Below, piece by piece: positions 38,577 to 46,566 of a stretch of 64,000 nt of DNA. The number at the start of each line of letters is the position of its first letter. The first letter of the stretch is position 1. A program made the translations under genes and the position numbers. Source of the DNA: a virus; IMG/VR virus record IMGVR_UViG_3300032285_001177, one strand, 5' to 3'. Under the pieces are notes generated by a model that saw only the letters and a list, made by a program, of their open reading frames with translations, was not told the origin of the DNA and did no database searches.

Positions 38577-39644
38577 TTAATTGCCCCTCTGATTAATCGT
38601 TATAGTATTCGTAGTGCTATCCTTTGACTGCACCGTTGTAGATGATCCGCCTTGATTAATATTTATTAGATATCCAGTGTCTTTATTTATTAATATCGTG
38701 GCATTTTGATTGTTCTTTGGCCTATTAACTACATAGTGAGATGTCTTATCGAATATGTAAGTTCCAGTCAATGCATTGTATCCGGTTTGGAATGCTGTTA
38801 GTAGTTGGTTATCAAACGCATTAGTTAGGTTCTCTCCATCGAGAAAGTTGATGTCTAGTTCTGCAAAGTCTTTGTACGGATCTTTATATACTTTAGCATC
38901 TAATAGGTTTGTATCCAGCCCATTAAAATCCAATGAAGATCCAGACTTATCTTTGATCTCTTCTGTAATCTGCTTAAGCACTTCTTTTGGAGGCTTAACG
39001 ATAAGCATGTTATCGATAGCTGACTCTGATAATAACAATGTTACTGGTTTGGATGGTTTAACTTCTGAGGATGAAGTAGTTGTAGCTTGGAATGCTTGGT
39101 TGAGTGTTACTGTACCGACTGCGGTGATGACATCGATCATGCCAACTGATCCGTCTTTGTTGGGAAGTAAGATGATGAGTGACTTTCCCACCTCGTCAAC
39201 CGTCATAGTAAAAGCAGTACCACGTACAGCCACAGTTGCGGTAGGTGTATTGATAGCCACATTTTTATTGTTCTCATGAGCGATATTACCTGATGCATAT
39301 CGTACTGTGCCCATAGCTACCTTAAGAGCTAGCTTACCAGCACCCTTATTTTTTGGATCATAGACGAAGTCATCTATGAGTAGTTTTGAATTCTCGGTTA
39401 CACGAACCTGTGTGTTGTCTTCAAAAGTAATACCGACCACACCTGCACCGGTCTGTACTAAATCATTTGAATCTATAGGGGATTTGGGTTTGGCATCCAC
39501 CGACGCCTTATTGTGCGTGATGGATGCATTCCCTTTTTGCTCAGTTACTGAACCAATTGCTGCTTGACTAGTGTTGTGTAACAGTAATAGCAGAGTTAGA
39601 ACCAGTAAGGTTGATAACCGCGCTATTTGCAATTGTGTTGCCAT
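38577..39644 (-). CDS. FecR-domain exported protein
   Basis: Signal peptide followed by DLVQTG...ITFEDNTQVRVTENSKLLID...GTVRYASG...INTPTATVAVRGTAF. Confidence 0.88.
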   Translation of the reverse strand: MATQLQIARLSTLLVLTLLLLLHNTSQAAIGSVTEQKGNASITHNKASVDAKPKSPIDSNDLVQTGAGVVGITFEDNTQVRVTENSKLLIDDFVYDPKNKGAGKLALKVAMGTVRYASGNIAHENNKNVAINTPTATVAVRGTAFTMTVDEVGKSLIILLPNKDGSVGMIDVITAVGTVTLNQAFQATTTSSSEVKPSKPVTLLLSESAIDNMLIVKPPKEVLKQITEEIKDKSGSSLDFNGLDTNLLDAKVYKDPYKDFAELDINFLDGENLTNAFDNQLLTAFQTGYNALTGTYIFDKTSHYVVNRPKNNQNATILINKDTGYLININQGGSSTTVQSKDSTTNTITINQRGN

Positions 39645-40263
39645 CTTGACTCACAGTGATATTATTATTATCGCCAATTACATTAGTATTGATATTATGA
39701 CCACCACCAGCTAGTGTACCAAAACCAGTTTGTGTAGTAATCACTTTATTTAGATCACCGGCTAAACTAAAGTTATTAGTGGTATAAGCACTGTTAACTG
39801 TGCTTGTAACAGTATTAGTGTCACCAGTTATGTCTAAGTTATAAATGTAATTACTTGAGTTACGTAATGTACCGATGTTTAAGATAGAACTGTTGTTCGA
39901 ACCATTGAATGTGATACCCAATGAACCAGAACTTGTACCAAAGTTACCATAGTTTAATAATGTAGAGTTGCTGTTACCAATTTGACTAATAGTAGCTGTT
40001 GAGTTACCACCAATAAAATTACCTAAGATGCTGTTGTTCATACCATCTTGTGTAATAGTCAAGAACATACTGTTACCATCAATTACAAATGGATCACCTG
40101 TTGTAGTGTTTGCACTTCCAACGTTGTTGTTAGAACCAGTTTGCGTAATAGTTACAGCTGATTGATCAGCATTTGTCTGATCTATATAGACTGAGTTGCC
40201 TCCGTCTGCCAATGCACTGCCTGCCAATAATAAACCCATCACGAGAGTGGTGGATCTTTTCAT
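39568..40263 (-). CDS. Curlin-repeat (CsgA/CsgB-like) secreted protein
   Basis: Signal peptide (ALA); repeats ITQTGSNN, ITQDGMNN, ISQIGNSN, ITFNGSNN, VSQDGN; Asn/Gly/Thr/Ser-rich; next to csgG. Confidence 0.78.
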   Translation of the reverse strand: MKRSTTLVMGLLLAGSALADGGNSVYIDQTNADQSAVTITQTGSNNNVGSANTTTGDPFVIDGNSMFLTITQDGMNNSILGNFIGGNSTATISQIGNSNSTLLNYGNFGTSSGSLGITFNGSNNSSILNIGTLRNSSNYIYNLDITGDTNTVTSTVNSAYTTNNFSLAGDLNKVITTQTGFGTLAGGGHNINTNVIGDNNNITVSQDGNTIANSAVINLTGSNSAITVTQH

Positions 40264-40265
40264 TG

Positions 40266-41033
40266 TTATTTCTCCTGTTTAAACTGCCACATTCCTTGTT
40301 TTTCACCTTGAATAATTAACTCTTCCACTGCCCTATCTGTAGCAGACTTGATAGCGTGGATACTTGCTTCAGTTTGTGATATACCAATCTCAGACTCAAA
40401 GTTTTTAGTGCCATTATCAAAGAACTTAAATACTGCAACACCTATCGTATAGCTTAATATAGTTTTCTGAGTATTCACTGTTAATAATACTTCACCCGTT
40501 TGTGTACTAATAGCACGAATGCTGATAGTCACTACGTCTTCCTGATACTGTTGATCAGGACCGATCCCGAGATATCGAACTCCAATACCACCTGTTCGTA
40601 TATTGGTGTCATAAGAAACTATGCCACCTTCAATCATCATGCCCGCATAGAGTATAGGACCAAGACCTTTATGATCATTTGCCTCTTCTCTTGCAGATCG
40701 AATTAGTTGTCTTTCTTTAAGTAGGTTATCAAGACCTACACGTTCTACGATCCTAAACCACTTACCATCACCAGCTTCTTGTAATGATTTGATTAATACT
40801 GTCTCGCCGCCTTGGGTTACAGCAGTTGAGAACTTAGCTATATTACCTGAATCTTTTCTTTGTCCAGTCTTATCACCAAACCCATATAGTGCAACTACGA
40901 TCTTACCATCCTTTGGTGGCGGGATGTGTTTCTTAACCTTAACTTCAGGTATAAGTTCTGCATCCTTCTTGATAGGGATCGGTCCGCATCCTGTCAAGAA
41001 AACACATAACAAAACTAACAGTAACTTTTTCAT
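40266..41033 (-). CDS. csgG: Curli secretion channel lipoprotein CsgG
   Basis: LTGC lipobox; VALYGFGDKTGQRK...FSTAVTQG...WFRIVERVGLDNLLKERQLIR...EGGIVSYDTN. Confidence 0.93.
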   Translation of the reverse strand: MKKLLLVLLCVFLTGCGPIPIKKDAELIPEVKVKKHIPPPKDGKIVVALYGFGDKTGQRKDSGNIAKFSTAVTQGGETVLIKSLQEAGDGKWFRIVERVGLDNLLKERQLIRSAREEANDHKGLGPILYAGMMIEGGIVSYDTNIRTGGIGVRYLGIGPDQQYQEDVVTISIRAISTQTGEVLLTVNTQKTILSYTIGVAVFKFFDNGTKNFESEIGISQTEASIHAIKSATDRAVEELIIQGEKQGMWQFKQEK

Positions 41034-41473
41034 TAGAATTTTAATGTTCCGATTGGTATATCTACTTGAGTTACAGTGCCATCTGCAGCCGTAACCGTTA
41101 ATGATATAGAGTCAGCATTCTTAACATATACTATGGTGTTACCTTCAATGGTAACGGTACCACTGTTCTGTGGATTCTCACCAAAAAGGTTATTGATTAA
41201 TTGTGTAGATAGTTGAGCATAGACTCTGCTCTCAAAGTTGTTAAGGAACTTAGCTAGGTTTGTATTTTTAGCTGCGGCGGCCGCGTCCTTTGCTGCTTGT
41301 AGCTTCGCGTCTTCTATTGCTTTCTTACGCGTGCTCTCTGTGTTCTCGATCGTTTGTACGTGAGAACTATATCCTATCCCGTTGAAGGATGGAGACTTAA
41401 ACTGATACGTAAGCTCCGCATGGGCGCTACTTGTCGTTATCAGTAAAAATATTAGGCTTCTTGTGAACTTCAT
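41033..41473 (-). CDS. csgF: Curli assembly protein CsgF
   Basis: Signal peptide then ELTYQFKSPSFNG; directly upstream of csgG. Confidence 0.85.
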   Translation of the reverse strand: MKFTRSLIFLLITTSSAHAELTYQFKSPSFNGIGYSSHVQTIENTESTRKKAIEDAKLQAAKDAAAAAKNTNLAKFLNNFESRVYAQLSTQLINNLFGENPQNSGTVTIEGNTIVYVKNADSISLTVTAADGTVTQVDIPIGTLKF

Positions 41474-41711
41474 CTTGTTCCTTGTCTCTTAGAGATAAAA
41501 TGACGTTCACTTTTTGATTAAGTCTAATAAGATCGTTATCTAACATCCTAACACGATCGATCAGTTCAATCAATACCTTATTTGATTCACCTATTACAGG
41601 GTCGATTTCCTCAGTTACCCACTTCCAAATATAGTAGACGAAGTACCCTAATCCGCCTGCTGCTATAATGGGAAACCCATACTTATTAACTAAATCTGCA
41701 AACTCTTCCAT
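41427..41711 (-). CDS. Small single-TM coiled-coil protein B
   Basis: YGFPIIAAGGLGYFVYYIW followed by LIDRVRMLDNDLIRL; paralog of 41860..42138. Confidence 0.7.
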   Translation of the reverse strand: MEEFADLVNKYGFPIIAAGGLGYFVYYIWKWVTEEIDPVIGESNKVLIELIDRVRMLDNDLIRLNQKVNVILSLRDKEQDEVHKKPNIFTDNDK

Positions 41712-41860
41712 TATTCTTCCGTTGGTAGTGGATCTATAACCCAACATCTTAGTTGTCCACCAATAATCATACAGTTTGGTGGTACATGTATTCTCTTCTT
41801 ACGTGGTTGTTCAGCGTATGCTATGCCACTAATCAATAATAGTATGATTAATAGTCTCAT
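41711..41860 (-). CDS. 49-aa secreted peptide with a Cys pair
   Basis: Not in the ORF track: MRLLIILLLISGIAYA|EQPRKKRIHVPPNCMIIGGQLRCWVIDPLPTEE, with TAATG overlaps at both ends. Confidence 0.72.
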   Translation of the reverse strand: MRLLIILLLISGIAYAEQPRKKRIHVPPNCMIIGGQLRCWVIDPLPTEE

Positions 41861-42138
41861 TAATCTCTTCTTGCATCTGATTGCTCAGCTCTTGCAATCC
41901 TATCTAGATCAGGTGGGATGCCTAATGCATGACTTACTTTTGTATCAATACGGATAACATCATGGTTCATGGCTGCTACACGTCTATCCAAAGCTTTGAT
42001 AATATTTGACATGCCCTTTACAGATCCAGTAACACCATCGAGGATGAACTTAACTGTAAGGAACACAAAGTAACCTGCCGCACCAGCTGCAGCAATTGGA
42101 AACCCTAAATCGGCAACTAGTTTTAGTATATCTCCCAT
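41860..42138 (-). CDS. Small single-TM coiled-coil protein A
   Basis: LGFPIAAAGAAGYFVFLTV followed by LDRRVAAMNHDVIRI. Confidence 0.7.
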   Translation of the reverse strand: MGDILKLVADLGFPIAAAGAAGYFVFLTVKFILDGVTGSVKGMSNIIKALDRRVAAMNHDVIRIDTKVSHALGIPPDLDRIARAEQSDARRD

Positions 42139-42143
42139 ATACC

Positions 42144-42151
42144 TATTTATA
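42144..42151 (-). promoter_or_regulatory. T4-type late promoter TATAAATA heading the csg locus
   Basis: Exact consensus, 6 nt before the first ATG. Confidence 0.78.
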
Positions 42152-42174
42152 TGGATTGATCTTAGGTAGGAGAA

Positions 42175-43473
42175 CTACTTATCTTTTTTTACAAACCCAA
42201 CACCTCTATTTGTTATAGATTCTTGGGCTCTTAGTTCTCTTGTTTTTAACATATCAACTTTACGTACAACAGGGTCAGCATCATACTTTTCATTTAATCT
42301 ATCTATTGAATTCAAAGGCTTATGATTAAGTTCTTCAACCTCATCTTCAATAGTTTTAGATGGACTATTGTATTCATTGATGTTTATACCTAAAGATGGT
42401 TCTTCAGGTGGAGGGGGTGGCGGTGTTGGTATTACTTCTTCATAATGGTCACCGTCATTACCATTCTGTCCGATTATATCAGTTCTTATATCATCCTTAG
42501 GCCATTCAACCTGAGCGGGTTCTTCGGGTCTTGGATCAAAGTCTTCTGTAGCTAAAAGAGTATCATCCCAATTTGCCCACGGATTCTCACTCTTTGGTTG
42601 CCATACTTGTTCCCATCCGTCTGGTGTCCTTCCAGCTAAAGCATCTGCATAACCTTTAACTACTTCTGGATCATTTTCTTTTTCTACTATTGGTTCAATA
42701 GGCTTTCTTTTTTTTAGAGACCAGTTAACTGCGACTAACATAAGAACTGCAAGAGGATCAAATACTGCTACGATCATGAGGATAACAATCCTGACCGCCT
42801 TCTCTAAAAGAGTTTGGTCAAGACTGTCACCATATATCAATGCTGCAATATATTTTATTGGCCCGACTTCGGCTTCGACTTTCCTGAGTTGACTTGCCAC
42901 TGGTTGCCTTTCTTCATTGAGCTTCGCGATCTTTGTCTGCGAGGCTTCGATTGTGGCGTAGAGGGATTTGCGTTCTTTGGATTGGCCTTTTCTGATCGAT
43001 ATTGATCTAGAGACACCACTGTCGTCGGTGGCTCCGGCTGTACGTGACAAGGTTTGGTCAACTTGCGAATCCAGTTGAGAAAGAGATTTACGAGCTTCAT
43101 TAATTGTTTCCTTTTCTGTCTTGAGTTTCTCATCTATTAGTGATAGTTTTGATGAGACATCTCCAGTTGGGACTGCTTGATCTAAGTGTGCCTTAGATAA
43201 GAATCCAAATATGCCCATCGATGTGAGCGTCATAAGAATGATTAGTGCTGAGGTAAAATATATCTTGAATAGTCTTGGAACCTCCTTCCAGTTTCTATAT
43301 AGCCATGATGCTACCACTAACTTAGACACTTCTAAGATAGATCCCATCACCATGATAGGGATTGCTGCCGCAGCAAAGATTGCTACCAAACCTGCGATAG
43401 AATAGAACGCAGCGATGCAACTCAGCGAGATAGCTGAGACAAACATTACACTGGTCATTACTTTATCGTTCAT
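42175..43473 (-). CDS. Multi-TM coiled-coil membrane protein with acidic Pro-rich tail
   Basis: Three N-terminal TMs (GIFGFLSKAH), coiled coil, EVGPIKYIA...FDPLAV TM. Confidence 0.65.
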   Translation of the reverse strand: MNDKVMTSVMFVSAISLSCIAAFYSIAGLVAIFAAAAIPIMVMGSILEVSKLVVASWLYRNWKEVPRLFKIYFTSALIILMTLTSMGIFGFLSKAHLDQAVPTGDVSSKLSLIDEKLKTEKETINEARKSLSQLDSQVDQTLSRTAGATDDSGVSRSISIRKGQSKERKSLYATIEASQTKIAKLNEERQPVASQLRKVEAEVGPIKYIAALIYGDSLDQTLLEKAVRIVILMIVAVFDPLAVLMLVAVNWSLKKRKPIEPIVEKENDPEVVKGYADALAGRTPDGWEQVWQPKSENPWANWDDTLLATEDFDPRPEEPAQVEWPKDDIRTDIIGQNGNDGDHYEEVIPTPPPPPPEEPSLGININEYNSPSKTIEDEVEELNHKPLNSIDRLNEKYDADPVVRKVDMLKTRELRAQESITNRGVGFVKKDK

Positions 43474-43751
43474 CTTTTCTTATTCCTTATTCGCGCTTCT
43501 GCAATGAGAGCGTCTTGTATACGGATCTTATCGTCTTGATCTTTAATCTTTTTATTCTGTTGATCTATGCGCCTGTTAGCTATCTGCAACTCTTCGTATA
43601 CTCCTTGAGTTACTTGTGCTTGTTGGTTTAATAGAACGTTTAATGATACTATCTTACTATCATATTCATTTAACTTGCATACACCCACTATAACGCCGTA
43701 TACACATAACAATGATAGTACTACTAACACATAACCTATAATCTTACTCAT
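43470..43751 (-). CDS. Single-TM coiled-coil protein
   Basis: N-terminal TM followed by a heptad pattern. Confidence 0.55.
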   Translation of the reverse strand: MSKIIGYVLVVLSLLCVYGVIVGVCKLNEYDSKIVSLNVLLNQQAQVTQGVYEELQIANRRIDQQNKKIKDQDDKIRIQDALIAEARIRNKKR

Positions 43752-44172
43752 ATTTAATATGACTCCTATGTACCCGACAGTTTACGATACCGTTGTACCA
43801 CATGTCAGGATGTTCAAGCACTTCATTAATCATCTGGAACTTGGCCTCAAAGTATGAGGCTGTCCCCTTAGATAGACAAAACATCAGGATTTCCCGTTTG
43901 AACTTATCTTCTCCGAGTGTTTTGACATCATCGATAACTTCCTTTGATGAAGACCAGTAGGTCTTCCAGTCCGATTCGATCTTACTTCGGATCTTCTTTT
44001 TCTTCTTGACACCGCTCTTAAGAGTAACCGTTCTTGTAGCAGTCTTAGAAAATTTAGTGAGTTTTTTACCAATATACTTTTTATTGGTAACGCAGTTAGT
44101 AATGATATATACAAACCCAACATATTTATCGTCAATAGTCTCAACGGGCACATTGTTGTAGGTCCATGTCAT
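43744..44172 (-). CDS. Short GIY-YIG nuclease-like protein
   Basis: GFVYIITN...KYIGKK...WKTYWSS...FKREIL...E...YN. Confidence 0.75.
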   Translation of the reverse strand: MTWTYNNVPVETIDDKYVGFVYIITNCVTNKKYIGKKLTKFSKTATRTVTLKSGVKKKKKIRSKIESDWKTYWSSSKEVIDDVKTLGEDKFKREILMFCLSKGTASYFEAKFQMINEVLEHPDMWYNGIVNCRVHRSHIKYE

Positions 44173-44312
44173 TCGTCTTCATCTTCTTCATAGATATCGG
44201 CTCCACATACTGGACAGTATACGATGTCTTCTGCGGTAACATCGTTAGTCTTTATGGTGACTTTACCTATGCTCTCACAGTTTTCACATTCGAAATACTT
44301 TACTGATGCCAT
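44169..44312 (-). CDS. 47-aa zinc-ribbon protein
   Basis: Not in the ORF track: MASVKYFECENCESIGKV...YCPVCGADIYEEDEDE; overlaps both neighbours. Confidence 0.75.
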   Translation of the reverse strand: MASVKYFECENCESIGKVTIKTNDVTAEDIVYCPVCGADIYEEDEDE

Positions 44313-45292
44313 TACTTGGCTCCTCCCCAGACATCTTCCCAAGAACCTTTAAGTGCACCCTTAGCATAGTCGGTTACACGGTTCTCAAAGAAGTTACCAT
44401 GAACTGGAGCGTTGATCATCTCTTCAACCCATGGTAGTGGATTCTTTTTGCGTTTAAAAATACCCTTTAATCCTAACGAGATCAAACGTCTATCAGCGAT
44501 ATATCTAATATATTCTTTCACGTCTTCAGGTGTTAGGTCTCTCATATGGGTTCCAGCAAAAGATAGGTCGATGAACTTGTCTTCAAGCTCTACCATCTTT
44601 TCTGCTATAGTATATATGCGACCCTTTAAGTCATCATTCCAGATCTCGTTGTTCTCTTTGATGAATGTCTTAAACAACTTAATCATGTTCTCAGCGTGCA
44701 TGGTTTCATCTACGATTGACCATGTAACGATCTGACCCATGCCTTTCATTAACCCATGACGTGGGAAATTAAGGAGCATAATGAAGCTACTGAATAGCTG
44801 CATGCCCTCAGTGAAAGCACTAAAGACAGCAATATGAGTAGCAGTACTAGATAAGTTGCCGTTTTTGCTAGAAAGTTCCGTAACATAATCGTGTTTGTCC
44901 TTCATCTCTTGGTATTCAAGGAATTCATTATAAGTTGATTCAGGCATGCCAAGCGTCTCGATAAGATGCGAGTATGCTGCAATGTGTAATGCTTCACGAG
45001 CTGCAAAGCCCATCAACATCATTCTTACTTCAGGTTGTGGGAAGTATGGTAGATAGTTCTTAACATATCCACCTGCCACATCGATATCACCTTGTGTAAA
45101 GAACCTAAAGATGTTTGTAAGGAACTTCTTTTCCTCATCAGTTAGTTTCTTTTTCCAATCTTTAACATCTTCCGCCATCGGTACTTCAGTATGCAACCAA
45201 TGTGCTTGTTCATGTTTCAACCATGCATCGTATGCCCATGGATAGTTGAAAGGTTTGAAGTATTCCCGGGTATCTGTTAATTGATATGACAT
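44312..45292 (-). CDS. nrdB: Class I ribonucleotide reductase beta subunit
   Basis: FFTQGDIDV, EALHIAAY, FTEGMQLFSSF, DETMH, NFFENRVTDY. Confidence 0.96.
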   Translation of the reverse strand: MSYQLTDTREYFKPFNYPWAYDAWLKHEQAHWLHTEVPMAEDVKDWKKKLTDEEKKFLTNIFRFFTQGDIDVAGGYVKNYLPYFPQPEVRMMLMGFAAREALHIAAYSHLIETLGMPESTYNEFLEYQEMKDKHDYVTELSSKNGNLSSTATHIAVFSAFTEGMQLFSSFIMLLNFPRHGLMKGMGQIVTWSIVDETMHAENMIKLFKTFIKENNEIWNDDLKGRIYTIAEKMVELEDKFIDLSFAGTHMRDLTPEDVKEYIRYIADRRLISLGLKGIFKRKKNPLPWVEEMINAPVHGNFFENRVTDYAKGALKGSWEDVWGGAK

Positions 45293-45834
45293 TAGATGTT
45301 CAGCTCTTTCTTAAGTTCGTTAAATAGGTCGATACAATAGTCAAAGCCTGTTAGTGCTTCTTCGGCTAGATCTACTGATATCTTAGAGTTAATTCCAGCA
45401 ATACACTGTCTGCTGTCTTCAAATTTATATGCATTCCCAGAACCAGGAATTAGTTTAGCTATCATCTTACCACCATATAGATCTCCCATGTGTCTAACAT
45501 ATACATGAGCCATGATCTTTTGCGGATCAGTGATGCTTAACTCTTTAAGGTGATCAATATATCGTTGAGTACTTTGGAATGGTGTACCTACTCCAACTCC
45601 AAACTCTTCAAGATCTTGCTTGATCTTATCTGTACGTCTAAGATCTGGTATGCCATCAAATAAGTAGATACGTTCAGCAGCTGATTCAATGGTATAGTAT
45701 ATATGATACATCTGCTGAAGGTAAACGATATAGTGTTCCTTAGTTATAGTACCAGTGAACATATACTTAACAAAGTCTGATGACTCTGCTTCTTTATGCT
45801 TTTCTCTGGTATATTCAGTAAGGACTGTTGCCAT
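45292..45834 (-). CDS. Heme oxygenase
   Basis: TREKHKEAE (proximal His) and AHVYVRHMGDLYGG (distal helix). Confidence 0.88.
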   Translation of the reverse strand: MATVLTEYTREKHKEAESSDFVKYMFTGTITKEHYIVYLQQMYHIYYTIESAAERIYLFDGIPDLRRTDKIKQDLEEFGVGVGTPFQSTQRYIDHLKELSITDPQKIMAHVYVRHMGDLYGGKMIAKLIPGSGNAYKFEDSRQCIAGINSKISVDLAEEALTGFDYCIDLFNELKKELNI

Positions 45835-46550
45835 TATTTTGCTAGTGATAAGTTAAACTTAATACCAGTTGCTTGCTCGATTGCTGGCACTGTTACTTGA
45901 TACTTAGGTAAGTCTGCTACAGGTAATGCAGCGTTAGGCATTAAGTATGCTGTAGCTTTTTGGCTTTTCTTTTCATACACGATCTTGTATAAACGGGTAG
46001 GGATACCTAAACCATTACCGGTTTTAGGATGACCTGCATCAAAGATACCGCCTGAGATAATATAGAAGTCTGTGTTAGGTGTTAATGCCCATTGACGTTC
46101 ATATGTCTCTGCTTGTTTCCAAATACCACGGTTATTATTAGCAACTTGTGCTACCATGTTTGATAAGAAAAATGACTCTGACATGATATCAGCATTTTGT
46201 GTGTTGTTACCCGCTGGTGCCATATGACCACGATCATGGGTCTTACCAACTGTTGCGTAGTCAGCTAAAGATGCTGAGCAGTTTGGTGTTACTAATGGAT
46301 CTGGGCGGAAATCATCTTTACGTTTTGAACCACCATTGATTGCTGCTGGTGTTAAGTGTTCAAACACTGCAACTGGTGCCTTAGCTGCACAGCTATGGAT
46401 AACTGCATAGTTCTTGTGACATAGTTCTTGATCACCAGCTTTTGCTGTATATGTTGGTAATGCTGCTTCAAACTGACTACAATCTTTTAAACCTGCAAAT
46501 GCTGCTGTTGTTGCTGATGCAAAAAATAATGCTGCAATAATTTTCTTCAT
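45834..46550 (-). CDS. Exported sugar-nonspecific DNA/RNA endonuclease (NucA/EndoG family)
   Basis: Signal peptide (AFA); DRGHMAPA...ESFFLSNM..Q...NRGIW...E. Confidence 0.9.
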   Translation of the reverse strand: MKKIIAALFFASATTAAFAGLKDCSQFEAALPTYTAKAGDQELCHKNYAVIHSCAAKAPVAVFEHLTPAAINGGSKRKDDFRPDPLVTPNCSASLADYATVGKTHDRGHMAPAGNNTQNADIMSESFFLSNMVAQVANNNRGIWKQAETYERQWALTPNTDFYIISGGIFDAGHPKTGNGLGIPTRLYKIVYEKKSQKATAYLMPNAALPVADLPKYQVTVPAIEQATGIKFNLSLAK

Positions 46551-46566
46551 ATTTTTCCTTTGTTAA

